Below, piece by piece: positions 48,030-57,642 of a stretch of DNA of 64,000 bases (within the stretch, counting starts at the first letter, position 1; each line of letters opens with the position of its first letter). This DNA is from an uncultured Gammaproteobacteria bacterium. GTDB lineage: Bacteria; Patescibacteriota; Microgenomatia; CAYXHB01. The notes under the pieces were generated by a model that worked only from the letters and a program-made list of their open reading frames with translations, had not been told where the DNA came from and made no database searches. Both the position numbers and the translations under genes were made by a program. Where the stretch lies: assembly GCA_964561945.1 (NCBI GenBank), contig CAZLQM010000003.1:1954-65953 (forward strand). Reading direction: 5' to 3'.

Positions 48030-48512
48030 TTAGGGTTTACATATTCCACTGATACAGCTTATCGGGGAGCAACACGTTGATGATCCTCCACAAGTTTCTC
48101 CAACTTTTTGGCAGGGGACGGGGGTTGGGGTAGGTACAAACTTAGGTGTAGGTATTGTTGATGCTGGTGGGGGAGTAAAGATTGAGCCTGGGGCTTGGAA
48201 GACTGAGATACCAAGGAAGTACTGGACAAGGAGAGCAATGGTGTAGGTTAGTGAGAGAACTGCAAAGCCAAAGAGGCAGTTGGTGATTTTGGTTCTGGAT
48301 GAGCTGACGGTGTTAGTATCACCACCTGAGTTAATCCATTGGACTCCGTAGATGATAATACACATAAAGAGTATAAGAGCTCCGATGATGAGTGACCAAC
48401 CTATGGCTTGAGAAATTAAGCCAAAGACATCAGTAATTTGGAAGGAGGTTTGAAGTTTTGGGTTACGTAGTTCAACATCAAGATTAGAGACTATGGTTGC
48501 GTAGAGCCACAT
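48030..48512 (-). CDS. pilin-like (VirB2/TrbC-like two-TM N-domain) protein with Cys-rich C-terminal tail; short paralog
   Basis: first 143 aa identical to 48600..49922; tail CCSPISCISGICKP. Confidence 0.45.
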   Translation of the reverse strand: MWLYATIVSNLDVELRNPKLQTSFQITDVFGLISQAIGWSLIIGALILFMCIIIYGVQWINSGGDTNTVSSSRTKITNCLFGFAVLSLTYTIALLVQYFLGISVFQAPGSIFTPPPASTIPTPKFVPTPTPVPCQKVGETCGGSSTCCSPISCISGICKP

Positions 48513-48521
48513 ACGCTAATG
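48081..48521. repeat. direct repeat copy 1 (~440 bp, identical to 49491..49930)
   Basis: read directly; covers the 5' end and start codon of the pilin-like paralogs. Confidence 0.8.
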
Positions 48522-48599
48522 TTAGAAGTTTGGAGATTTTAACTCAAGGAGAGAAAAATGTGATTGTAGTTGGGTTGGAGAAGAAAGTGGATAATTAAT

Positions 48600-49922
48600 T
48601 TAAGGTAGTGGAGTAGGGGTTGGTGTGGGTGTTGGGGGTGGAGGAAGGACTGGTAATGTAGTTGGATCAGCTTGTGGTCCTGCATTAGCATCGCAGTTTT
48701 GGTATGCATTGGATACCATGCCTGGACTAAACTCTTCATTGTCATCAGCGTAATAAATGACTTCGTCTATGTATCCTTGAAATTCTCCTCCCCAATCGCT
48801 GGTGTTAGTATAACCACCAATTGTTAGTGGATTGTTTAATGGGGTGCTGAATGCCGGATTTATTGTTGATGTACTAGTTTGTAGACCATTTATATATGTG
48901 TTAATTGTATTTGTAGTTCTGTTGAAGGTTAACATGACATGTGTCCATGCTGGTGGGGTGGTAGAAATTGATGTTTCTTCAATTTTAAATATTCCACCAT
49001 AATTTGTGTAAGAAATTCTAAAATTTCCATTTGCTATTATACTTCCTTTATCTTCTAACTTTGGTACATCAGGCTTAATCCAAGCACCCATAGCCATAAA
49101 GTTCATACTAGTTTCGTTGATTCCAGTTCCGACAATTTCTCCTCCAGCCACTCCTCCATAATAATACATGCTTCCTCCACAACCACCGGCATTGGGTACC
49201 CATACGTTATTTCCTGTTCCGTATTCTTTTATCAAAGTTTTTGCTTCGGTTTTGGTTATTGGATTAGTAAAGGTTAGTGTTGCTGTAGAACCAGAGATAT
49301 TAATTACTGGTGTATCTTTGTGGTTAAAATAATAAAAGTAACTTGGATTATTTACTGCTGTCGCTGGAGGTGGTAGCGTGCCACCTGCGGGTGGGGGAAC
49401 AATTGGTGGTGGGGGAATAATTACTGGAGCTATGTTGTAACCGCAAGTTGAGACTATAGGGGTACAAGTTAATCCTGTACAACAATTTAGTGATCCTCCA
49501 CAAGTTTCTCCAACTTTTTGGCAGGGGACGGGGGTTGGGGTAGGTACAAACTTAGGTGTAGGTATTGTTGATGCTGGTGGGGGAGTAAAGATTGAGCCTG
49601 GGGCTTGGAAGACTGAGATACCAAGGAAGTACTGGACAAGGAGAGCAATGGTGTAGGTTAGTGAGAGAACTGCAAAGCCAAAGAGGCAGTTGGTGATTTT
49701 GGTTCTGGATGAGCTGACGGTGTTAGTATCACCACCTGAGTTAATCCATTGGACTCCGTAGATGATAATACACATAAAGAGTATAAGAGCTCCGATGATG
49801 AGTGACCAACCTATGGCTTGAGAAATTAAGCCAAAGACATCAGTAATTTGGAAGGAGGTTTGAAGTTTTGGGTTACGTAGTTCAACATCAAGATTAGAGA
49901 CTATGGTTGCGTAGAGCCACAT
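48600..49922 (-). CDS. pilin-like N-domain fused to Cys-rich spacer, LamG/concanavalin-A-like lectin domain and Pro/Thr-rich tail (putative adhesin)
   Basis: two TM helices; CQKVGETCGGS..CC..C..C; LamG-like region with aromatic/Gly-rich beta-strand pattern; PTPTPTPLP tail. Confidence 0.45.
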   Translation of the reverse strand: MWLYATIVSNLDVELRNPKLQTSFQITDVFGLISQAIGWSLIIGALILFMCIIIYGVQWINSGGDTNTVSSSRTKITNCLFGFAVLSLTYTIALLVQYFLGISVFQAPGSIFTPPPASTIPTPKFVPTPTPVPCQKVGETCGGSLNCCTGLTCTPIVSTCGYNIAPVIIPPPPIVPPPAGGTLPPPATAVNNPSYFYYFNHKDTPVINISGSTATLTFTNPITKTEAKTLIKEYGTGNNVWVPNAGGCGGSMYYYGGVAGGEIVGTGINETSMNFMAMGAWIKPDVPKLEDKGSIIANGNFRISYTNYGGIFKIEETSISTTPPAWTHVMLTFNRTTNTINTYINGLQTSTSTINPAFSTPLNNPLTIGGYTNTSDWGGEFQGYIDEVIYYADDNEEFSPGMVSNAYQNCDANAGPQADPTTLPVLPPPPTPTPTPTPLP

Positions 49923-49930
49923 ACGCTAAT
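49491..49930. repeat. direct repeat copy 2 (~440 bp)
   Basis: identical to 48081..48521. Confidence 0.8.
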
Positions 49931-50039
49931 AGTAGAAGTTTGGAGATTGAAACTCAAGAAGAGATTTGAATAGTAATTATTTTTTTCAGCTTCTTCTCAT
50001 ATTGATGTTTTAGAATGACAGATTATATATTGATGTTAT

Positions 50040-51236
50040 ATGAAAATTTTTAATAGGAATTTTTTCTTAGGAATTTTGTTTGGGGTTTTTTTGGCGGGCT
50101 TGTTTGTAAGTGGAGCGGTGGTTGATCGAGTTTGGGGTATTTCTGGGATTGAGAAAGTTGCAAGCTTGGTTGGGGTATCAATTCCATCTAATATGGATAT
50201 GAATAGTAATGGCACTATTACAAAAACTGTATTGAATGAGGAGTCAACTGTGATTGATGTGGCAGAAAAAGTTAGTCCTGCAGTGGTAACTGTGGGGATT
50301 AAGAAAAACCAGAGGATATTGAGGAACGATCCTTTTTTCGATCCGTTTGGATTTTTCCGTCAACAGCAACAGCCATCGATTGACACTCAAAAGATTGAAC
50401 GAGATATTGGTTCGGGATTTGTAGTGTCCAGTGATGGACTAGTAGTGACCAATAAGCATGTTGTGAGTGATGTGAATGCTGGATATGTGGTGATAACTAA
50501 AGATGGTAAGGAGTATGAAGTAGAAAAAATAGATCGTGATCCTTTGAATGACTTGGCAATTTTGAAAATAAATGCAAACGATTTGGCAACAGTAGCGATG
50601 GGGGACTCAGATGTGCTTAAGGTAGGACAGTCTGTAGTGGCAATAGGGACGGCATTGGGAGAATTTCGGCATACTGTAACCACTGGAGTAATTTCGGGTC
50701 TAGGACGAGGAATAACGGCGGGAGATGGTTATTTTCAAATGTCAGAAGAGCTTGATAACGTGATTCAGACTGATGCAGCGATTAATCCTGGTAATTCTGG
50801 TGGTCCGTTGTTAAATAGTTTGGGACAAGTAATTGGTGTAAACGTAGCCATTGCTCAAGGAAGTGAAAATATCGGATTTGCGTTGCCGGTGAATTTGATA
50901 AAAGATGCCTTGGATAGTTTTCAGAATCGAGGTGGGTTTGGAAATAGGGCTTACTTGGGAGTTAGATACTATATGATTAGTGAAAAATCTGCGATTGTAA
51001 ATGAAGTACCTCAAGGAGCTTATTTGGAAGATGTGGTTGAGGGATCTGCTGCCAATGTGGCGGGGCTTGAATCAGGAGATATTCTTGTGAAGTTTGATGG
51101 TAAAACAGTTAAAGATGTTAAAGGTGGATTGGCAGTGCTGATAAATGAAAAAAAGGCTGGAGATAAAGTGAAGATAGAGTATTGGAGAGATGGAGAGACT
51201 AAGAGTGTGGATGTTGAGTTGAAGGCAGGTGAGTAA
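50040..51236 (+). CDS. htrA: HtrA/DegP-family serine protease with PDZ domain
   Basis: trypsin-like catalytic triad regions TNKHVV, DLAILK, GNSGGPLLN; C-terminal PDZ. Confidence 0.85.
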   Translation: MKIFNRNFFLGILFGVFLAGLFVSGAVVDRVWGISGIEKVASLVGVSIPSNMDMNSNGTITKTVLNEESTVIDVAEKVSPAVVTVGIKKNQRILRNDPFFDPFGFFRQQQQPSIDTQKIERDIGSGFVVSSDGLVVTNKHVVSDVNAGYVVITKDGKEYEVEKIDRDPLNDLAILKINANDLATVAMGDSDVLKVGQSVVAIGTALGEFRHTVTTGVISGLGRGITAGDGYFQMSEELDNVIQTDAAINPGNSGGPLLNSLGQVIGVNVAIAQGSENIGFALPVNLIKDALDSFQNRGGFGNRAYLGVRYYMISEKSAIVNEVPQGAYLEDVVEGSAANVAGLESGDILVKFDGKTVKDVKGGLAVLINEKKAGDKVKIEYWRDGETKSVDVELKAGE

Positions 51237-51239
51237 TTA

Positions 51240-52154
51240 TTATTCTTCGTCTTGAATATTATCTTGATCGGGATTGGGTGGGGTGGTTTGGAGAGTTTGG
51301 ACAATAGGTTCGAAGTTGCCTTCAAGAATAGAGCTTAGGTTGTACCATGACTTGCCGATGCGGTGATCTGTGATGCGGTCTTGGGGATAGTTATAGGTAC
51401 GAATTTTTTCGCTACGCATGCCACGACCGATGGCGAGGCGAGCATCGCCGAGTTTTTCGATACGTTCTTGTTCTTTGATTTCCCAAAGTCTGGAGGCAAG
51501 TAATTCCATGGCAATTTCACGGTTGCCGTGTTGGGTGCGATCTTGGTTGCATTCGACAACGACGCCTGTGGGCTTGTGCGTGAGTCGGACGGCAGTGGCA
51601 ACTTTGTTGACGTTTTGGCCGCCAGCACCTGCTGAACGTTTGAAAGCTACAAATTCGATGTCATCGTTTTTTAGTTCGACTTGAGCGGGTTTGATTTCAG
51701 GAAGGATAGCGATGGTGGCGGTAGAAGTGTGGATACGGCCAGATGATTCGGTGGTTGGCACACGTTGAACTCGATGGACGCCTGATTCGTATTGGAGAAG
51801 TTTGTAGACGTCTTTGCCTTTGAACTTGAGGACGTTGCCATCAAGGACTTCGATTTTCCAGCCTTTGATTTGTGCATATCTGGTGTACATATTGAGGAGA
51901 TCTTCGCCCCAGATTTTGGCTTCTTCACCACCTGCTGCACCTCTGACTTCGAGAATGGCAACGTTATTATTTGGTTGATTGGTAGAAGTGGGGGCGCCAT
52001 TGAGGGCTTGGGTGAAGTGAGTTAGTTGTTCTTTGAGAATTTTGATTTCTTCATCAGCAAGACTAGTCATCTCTGGATCTGCAGATTTGAGTTCTTCAAG
52101 CTGGGTAATTTGATTGTTAAGATCTTCAATTTGTTGTTCTAGATAGTTTGACAT
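51240..52154 (-). CDS. prfA: peptide chain release factor 1
   Basis: RVQRVPTTESSGRIHTS (PxT-type codon-recognition region) and GGQ motif. Confidence 0.75.
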   Translation of the reverse strand: MSNYLEQQIEDLNNQITQLEELKSADPEMTSLADEEIKILKEQLTHFTQALNGAPTSTNQPNNNVAILEVRGAAGGEEAKIWGEDLLNMYTRYAQIKGWKIEVLDGNVLKFKGKDVYKLLQYESGVHRVQRVPTTESSGRIHTSTATIAILPEIKPAQVELKNDDIEFVAFKRSAGAGGQNVNKVATAVRLTHKPTGVVVECNQDRTQHGNREIAMELLASRLWEIKEQERIEKLGDARLAIGRGMRSEKIRTYNYPQDRITDHRIGKSWYNLSSILEGNFEPIVQTLQTTPPNPDQDNIQDEE

Positions 52155-52202
52155 AGATTAAGTCTATACTATAAGTTAAAAATGTGAGAATGACAACTGA
52201 AG

Positions 52203-52526
52203 TTAGTTGTTGGATTTGGAGATGGTTTTTTTGGCTTTGCTAAGCATTTCTTTGAGAGAAAGATCTTCAGTTTCAGTTTTGGCAACTGGTTTGGCTTTAG
52301 ATTTTTTGGGAGTGGATAGTGACTCTGCTTGTTTGATTTGAGCTGTAAATTTGTCGACTCGACCAGCAAGATCGATGTAACGAACTTCACCTGTGAAGAA
52401 AGGATGACAAGCGGAGCAGAGCTCGACTTTGATGGCTGGTAAGGTTGAGCCTGTAGTAAATGTATTGCCACAAGCGCAAGTAACGGGAACCTCGTCATGA
52501 TAATTAGGATGGATATTTTGTTTCAT
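52203..52526 (-). CDS. rpmE: 50S ribosomal protein L31 with C-terminal extension
   Basis: MKQNIHPNY...C.C...C..CHPFFTG zinc-ribbon L31 signature; the ORF track starts 7 codons upstream. Confidence 0.85.
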   Translation of the reverse strand: MKQNIHPNYHDEVPVTCACGNTFTTGSTLPAIKVELCSACHPFFTGEVRYIDLAGRVDKFTAQIKQAESLSTPKKSKAKPVAKTETEDLSLKEMLSKAKKTISKSNN

Positions 52527-52696
52527 AGACCTTGCATATTGTAACATTGAGGGGCTTTTTTTGCTAGGGATGGTAAGAATGGTTTATTGTTTTGTGGATG
52601 TTGTCTTGTTGAATTTGAGGTTTTGAGGGGATTTATAAAAAGGATCAAAGGTGGCACTCGAATAGTTGGGGGATTTATTGTTAGTATATTAGGAGT

Positions 52697-54403
52697 ATGT
52701 TCGTAGAAATTGCCATGGTAGTAATGGTGGCCGCGGTTTTGGGAGTGATTATGGATCGGTTAGGGCAACCCACGATGATTGGATATATAATCGCGGGCTT
52801 ATTGGTGGCAGGTGTGGCTGGGAATTTAACTGAGAGTGAGTTGTTGATTACAATGTTAGAAAACTTAGGTCAAGTTGGAGTAGTTTTGTTGTTATTTTTG
52901 GTGGGGATGGAGTTGTCGGCTCCGAGGGTTAGTGCTGTGGGTAGAGCTGCGTTATTGGTGGGGTTGGGGCAGTTGGTGGTGACAATTAGTTTGGGATGGT
53001 TGATGACGACGTGGATGGGGTATTCGTGGATTAGTGCTTTGTTTATTGCTGTAGCATTGGCGTTTAGTAGTACTGTGGTGGTAGTAAAGCTGTTGAATGA
53101 ACGTGGAGATTTGCACAGTCTGCATGGTCGGATCGCGGTTGGGTTTTTGTTGGTTCAGGATATGGCTGCAGTTTTTTTGTTGGTGTTATTGTCATCTTTG
53201 GGAACGGGGGCATTTGGATGGGAAACTTTGGGACTATTGGCTTTGAAATCAATTTTGATCATTGGAGCAGTGTGGTGGCTGTCTGTCAAAGGAGTCCCTT
53301 TGATAATGGAAAAGTTAAACTTGTCTCCAGAGTTACTATTTTTAACGTCTGTGGCGTGGGGATTGGGACTGGCTGCATTGATGGTATGGTCTCCGATTGG
53401 ATTTACGATTGAAGCAGGAGGTTTTTTGGCTGGTGTTACTCTAGCAAATACGATTCAGCATCATGAGATTATATCGAGATTGCGACCTCTGCGTGATTTT
53501 TTTGTAATGATATTTTTTGTGGTGATGGCGTTTGAGTTGTTTCATACAATAGGGATGGTTAATTGGTGGCAGGTGGTGGCTTTGTCGGTGTTTGTCTTGG
53601 TAGGAAACCCATTGATTGTGGTTATTTTGATGTGGCAATTGGGTTATCGAGCTAGGACAGGATTTTTGGTTAGTTTGGCTGTAGCTCAGATAAGTGAGTT
53701 CAGTTTGATTTTGGTTGGAGTGGCATATTCGATGGGACAGGTAGGCAAAGATACGGTGGGTTTGATTACTTTAGTAGCAATTATTACTTTTGGAGTGAGT
53801 GCTTATTTGATAGTTCACGGGTTTAAATTATGGACTCATTTGGGCCCAATTTTGAAAAAATTTGAAAAAAAACGCGGAATGATCGTAAGTGGGGTAGAGG
53901 AAAAAAAGTGGAAAGATCATATTGTTTTGATTGGGTGTCATCGAAGTGGAAATATGCTGTTGAGTCATTTAGGGAAGTATGATTTGCCAATGGTGATCAT
54001 GGATTTTAATCCTGAGGTGGTTAATATGCTTGAAAAACAGGATAGGGCAGTGGTGTTAGGAGATTTGGATGATGTTGAAGTTTATGAACCTGTAGGGTTA
54101 GCCGATGCAAAAATTGTGATATCAACGGTGTTTGATGCAAGAGGAACAAAGACAATGTTAGAGTACCTCCAAAATCATGGATCAAAGAGAAATCAATTGA
54201 TTGTTGTGACAACTGATTATATTAAAGAAGCTGAAGAGTTTTATAAATTGGGAGCCAGTTATGTTAATTTGCCTCGTTTGGTGAGCGGTTGGCACTTGGG
54301 GCAATTAATTGGTCGGGCGATTAGGAAGAATGATTTTGAACAAGTTAAGATTAAGGGAGAGCTTGAGTATTCGAAGATAATTAAAGAGAGTGTGATGATA
54401 TGA
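52697..54403 (+). CDS. CPA2-family cation:proton antiporter with C-terminal TrkA-N/RCK domain (KefB-like)
   Basis: 12-13 TM exchanger core plus Rossmann-like IVLIGCHRSGNML RCK domain. Confidence 0.8.
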   Translation: MFVEIAMVVMVAAVLGVIMDRLGQPTMIGYIIAGLLVAGVAGNLTESELLITMLENLGQVGVVLLLFLVGMELSAPRVSAVGRAALLVGLGQLVVTISLGWLMTTWMGYSWISALFIAVALAFSSTVVVVKLLNERGDLHSLHGRIAVGFLLVQDMAAVFLLVLLSSLGTGAFGWETLGLLALKSILIIGAVWWLSVKGVPLIMEKLNLSPELLFLTSVAWGLGLAALMVWSPIGFTIEAGGFLAGVTLANTIQHHEIISRLRPLRDFFVMIFFVVMAFELFHTIGMVNWWQVVALSVFVLVGNPLIVVILMWQLGYRARTGFLVSLAVAQISEFSLILVGVAYSMGQVGKDTVGLITLVAIITFGVSAYLIVHGFKLWTHLGPILKKFEKKRGMIVSGVEEKKWKDHIVLIGCHRSGNMLLSHLGKYDLPMVIMDFNPEVVNMLEKQDRAVVLGDLDDVEVYEPVGLADAKIVISTVFDARGTKTMLEYLQNHGSKRNQLIVVTTDYIKEAEEFYKLGASYVNLPRLVSGWHLGQLIGRAIRKNDFEQVKIKGELEYSKIIKESVMI

Positions 54404-55332
54404 AGAAAATTGTTTGGTTATTATTGGGAATAATTGTAATAGGCGTAATTGTGGGGGGTGGATGGTGGTTAATGAGTGAGAAAAAGAAATCAGTTTGGGA
54501 TGGGGAAAGCAGGATAGGAGTAGTGTTGTTTGTGAATAAAGGGGACGGACATGAATTGATGTTGATGTCTTATGAACCCGATGGTGAAGCGGTGTGGACT
54601 TATTTGCCTGCTGATATGCAAATTGGAGTTAGTCGAGGATATGGGAAGTACTCGGCAAGTTCACTGTGGAATTTGTCAGAACAAGAGAATGATCGAAGAT
54701 TGTTAACTGAGTCAGTTACGTTATTATTAGGAGTTCCGTTTGAGTGGTGGGTAAATATAGGTCAGGAGAATTTGAGTTGTAATGATATGAATTGGGAGTG
54801 TATAAAAAGTGGATTAGTTTATGGACGAAATCATTTACGGTTATTAACAAATATGGTGTGGTGGGATAGAATGAAGTTATTGTGGAGAATGAGGGATTTG
54901 GATATAGGTGACGTGGTAAATTTAGACGTTACTAAGGCTGGCAGGTCGAAGAGTGAAGTTGAGGTTGATGGTAAAGAGGTGTTGGTTTATTTAGATGAGT
55001 ACACAGGTTCGAGGTTGGTTGATCGACGAATTAGGAATGAAGCGTTGAGTATACGAATAGTAAATACATTGATGATAAATGGATTAGGGAGTGCAGTTGA
55101 ACGAGTAATTGTTGGAATGGGGGGTAGAGTAGTTTCAGTTGAATCTATTCCTACGGATATTGGGAAGTGTTTGGTTAAAGGAAATGAGAGTATGTTGAAG
55201 TCATTGACTGCTAAGAAAATGATGAGTTTGTGGAATTGTGAACCAAGTGTTGGGGTGGTTGATTCTAAGGCGAATTTAGAGTTTTGGGTGGGGAAAAATA
55301 CGGGTGAATGGTTAGTTGGTAAGGATAAGTAG
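54400..55332 (+). CDS. membrane-anchored hypothetical protein (weak LytR-CpsA-Psr-like features)
   Basis: N-terminal TM helix; 310 aa. Confidence 0.25.
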   Translation: MKKIVWLLLGIIVIGVIVGGGWWLMSEKKKSVWDGESRIGVVLFVNKGDGHELMLMSYEPDGEAVWTYLPADMQIGVSRGYGKYSASSLWNLSEQENDRRLLTESVTLLLGVPFEWWVNIGQENLSCNDMNWECIKSGLVYGRNHLRLLTNMVWWDRMKLLWRMRDLDIGDVVNLDVTKAGRSKSEVEVDGKEVLVYLDEYTGSRLVDRRIRNEALSIRIVNTLMINGLGSAVERVIVGMGGRVVSVESIPTDIGKCLVKGNESMLKSLTAKKMMSLWNCEPSVGVVDSKANLEFWVGKNTGEWLVGKDK

Positions 55333-55338
55333 TCTTAG

Positions 55339-56007
55339 TTAAATTGTTTTGTGGCCTGTTTCTTGAATCATGATTTGGATTTTGTTGGAAGAAGTTTCTT
55401 TGATACAAGCTGAAAAAGTGTGGCCATTTTTGGAAAGTTGGTTAAATCTAAATGCCATGTCGTCTGGTAATTTGCCAATATGCCTGTCTAGATGGTCGAG
55501 AACGGAAATAGTGCGTTTGCTAAAATGCATCTTGATAATATCTCCACAACTTAAACTGGCGATAACTTCTGATGGACCTAAATTAACTAAGTTAACTAAT
55601 TTGGTTACACCTGGTTTCTTGATAAAAAGCTCTTGATTTGCGACAGTTGTTTTGTTGAGAGATGGAGTTTGGATATGATGTTTGAGGTTATTAAGTTTTT
55701 CTAGATTTTTGATGGCTATGGAGTTTTGGGGGTCAATATCAAGGACTTTTTGGTAGGTTTTTTGAGCTTGGTTAAGTTCACCCATTGCAGTATAAGCTCT
55801 ACCGAGACGATTGAGGGTTGCGGTGTCGTTGGGATTAGTAGAAATAATTTTTTTGTTTATATCGATTGCGAGTTTCCAATTTCCTTGGGTGGCGGCTGTT
55901 ATTGCTTGGGTATTTAGGTCGGGTAAGGATTTTGAAGTATTGAGATGGGTATTCATGTATGTTTTTTGTAGAGAGTGACAAAAAATAGTTAAATGAGATA
56001 TAACCAT
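55339..56007 (-). CDS. TPR-repeat protein
   Basis: tandem TPR-like helices in the N-terminal half; likely starts at the internal Met (MNTHLN). Confidence 0.45.
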   Translation of the reverse strand: MVISHLTIFCHSLQKTYMNTHLNTSKSLPDLNTQAITAATQGNWKLAIDINKKIISTNPNDTATLNRLGRAYTAMGELNQAQKTYQKVLDIDPQNSIAIKNLEKLNNLKHHIQTPSLNKTTVANQELFIKKPGVTKLVNLVNLGPSEVIASLSCGDIIKMHFSKRTISVLDHLDRHIGKLPDDMAFRFNQLSKNGHTFSACIKETSSNKIQIMIQETGHKTI

Positions 56008-56075
56008 TTTTGGGTGATGTTTGTCAATGGTTGGTAGTTTTGGATAGATCTTGTAGAGTATAATTAGTTTTTGTT

Positions 56076-56807
56076 ATGTCAGGGCACAGCAAATGGTCAC
56101 AAATTAAGCGACAAAAAGGAATTACAGATCAGAAGCGAGCAAATGTTTTTACCAAGCTGGCTAGGTTTATTACCGTGGCTGTAAAGGAGAGCGGAGGGAT
56201 TGGAGACCCTGATATGAATTATAAGTTGAGGTTAGCGGTGGAAAAGGCAAAGCAGAGTAATATGCCAAAATCTAACATTGATCGGGCAATTGATTTAGGT
56301 ACTGGCAAAGGTGGGGAACATAATATGGAGTATGGAATGTATGAAGGATATGGACCGGGAGGAATAGCGGTGATGGTTGAAACTGTGAGTGATAATCCTG
56401 TGAGGACTTATCAAGACCTGAAACACACTTTTGACAAAAGAGGTGGAAATCTAGCACAAATGGGAGCTGTGGGGTATATGTTTGATCATGTGGGGAAGTT
56501 AGTAATAGATCAAAGTTTGAATGAAGAAAAACAATTAGAGTTAATGGATGTTGAGGGGGTAGTGGATGTTGAAAATGGTGAAGAAAGTACCTTGATATTT
56601 ACAGATGCCAAAGAGTTAAAACAGGTTCAGGATCGGTTGATTGAAATGAAATATAGCATAAGCGAAGCAGGTCTGGTAATGAGACCAAAACAACCGGTCG
56701 CGATTGATGAAGAGATGGTTGAAAGAGTAGGAGAATTTGTGGAGCATTTAGAAGACAATGATGATGTGCAACAGGTTTATATCAATGTAGATTCTCGTTA
56801 TGTCTAA
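56076..56807 (+). CDS. yebC: YebC/PmpR-family transcriptional regulator
   Basis: MSGHSKWSQIKRQKG canonical N-terminus. Confidence 0.85.
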   Translation: MSGHSKWSQIKRQKGITDQKRANVFTKLARFITVAVKESGGIGDPDMNYKLRLAVEKAKQSNMPKSNIDRAIDLGTGKGGEHNMEYGMYEGYGPGGIAVMVETVSDNPVRTYQDLKHTFDKRGGNLAQMGAVGYMFDHVGKLVIDQSLNEEKQLELMDVEGVVDVENGEESTLIFTDAKELKQVQDRLIEMKYSISEAGLVMRPKQPVAIDEEMVERVGEFVEHLEDNDDVQQVYINVDSRYV

Positions 56808-57630
56808 AAGGCAAAGATCGGTGATTACGGCGTTGGTGCTGACTTTTATGTTAGTGTGGGTGAATTTGATTGATAATTTACGGTGGAGGTATGGAATAAT
56901 TGGTTTTTCGACAGTTTTGGCACCGATTATGACTGCGTGGTCGATGAAGGAGGTTTGGGTGGGATTATCACGAGGAATGACATTAATTTTGCCTTTGATG
57001 CTGATGTTGGGGGCTGCGATGTTTACGTTTCTTTTACCTGATGTTGTACCTGGAATTGGAAATTGGTTTTGGGGAGTAGATGTGGGTTTGTGGATTGGAT
57101 GGATATTACGGATTGTGTTTTGGAGTGCGTATGGGTTTGCTGTGTATTTATTATTATTAACGGAGAATATTTTTGCGGTGAGTGCAATTAGAACTATTCC
57201 GTTAGTTCGGGCAGCTTCGGTAGCAGGTTATTTGTTGACTTTGGTGAGTGCTTTTTTCTTGTATTACGCAATTTTGTCATTTAGATTGCCTTATTATTAT
57301 AATTTTTTGTATGTAGGATTAGTCAGTTTTCCATTGATATTACAAAGTTTATGGTCGGTGAGTTTGGGCGAGCGAATTACAAAATCATTGAGTTATGTAA
57401 CTTTTGTGTTGGCTTGGGCATTGATGCAGTTGGTAGCGGTGTTGTCTTTTTGGGATATGAGTGTGGGAGTGATTTCAGTGTTAATGACAGTGTGGTTGTA
57501 TGTGCTGTTGGGAATTTGTCAGCATTGGTTGATTAGGCGATTGTTTGTGCGAACTGTGTGGGAGTATGTGGGATTGGGATGTTTTGTATGCACTGTGGTA
57601 GGGATTTATTACTGGGCATTTTTAACTTAA
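56800..57630 (+). CDS. hypothetical polytopic membrane protein
   Basis: 276 aa; 7-8 TM helices. Confidence 0.35.
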   Translation: MSKRQRSVITALVLTFMLVWVNLIDNLRWRYGIIGFSTVLAPIMTAWSMKEVWVGLSRGMTLILPLMLMLGAAMFTFLLPDVVPGIGNWFWGVDVGLWIGWILRIVFWSAYGFAVYLLLLTENIFAVSAIRTIPLVRAASVAGYLLTLVSAFFLYYAILSFRLPYYYNFLYVGLVSFPLILQSLWSVSLGERITKSLSYVTFVLAWALMQLVAVLSFWDMSVGVISVLMTVWLYVLLGICQHWLIRRLFVRTVWEYVGLGCFVCTVVGIYYWAFLT

Positions 57631-57642
57631 TTTAAAAGCAAG

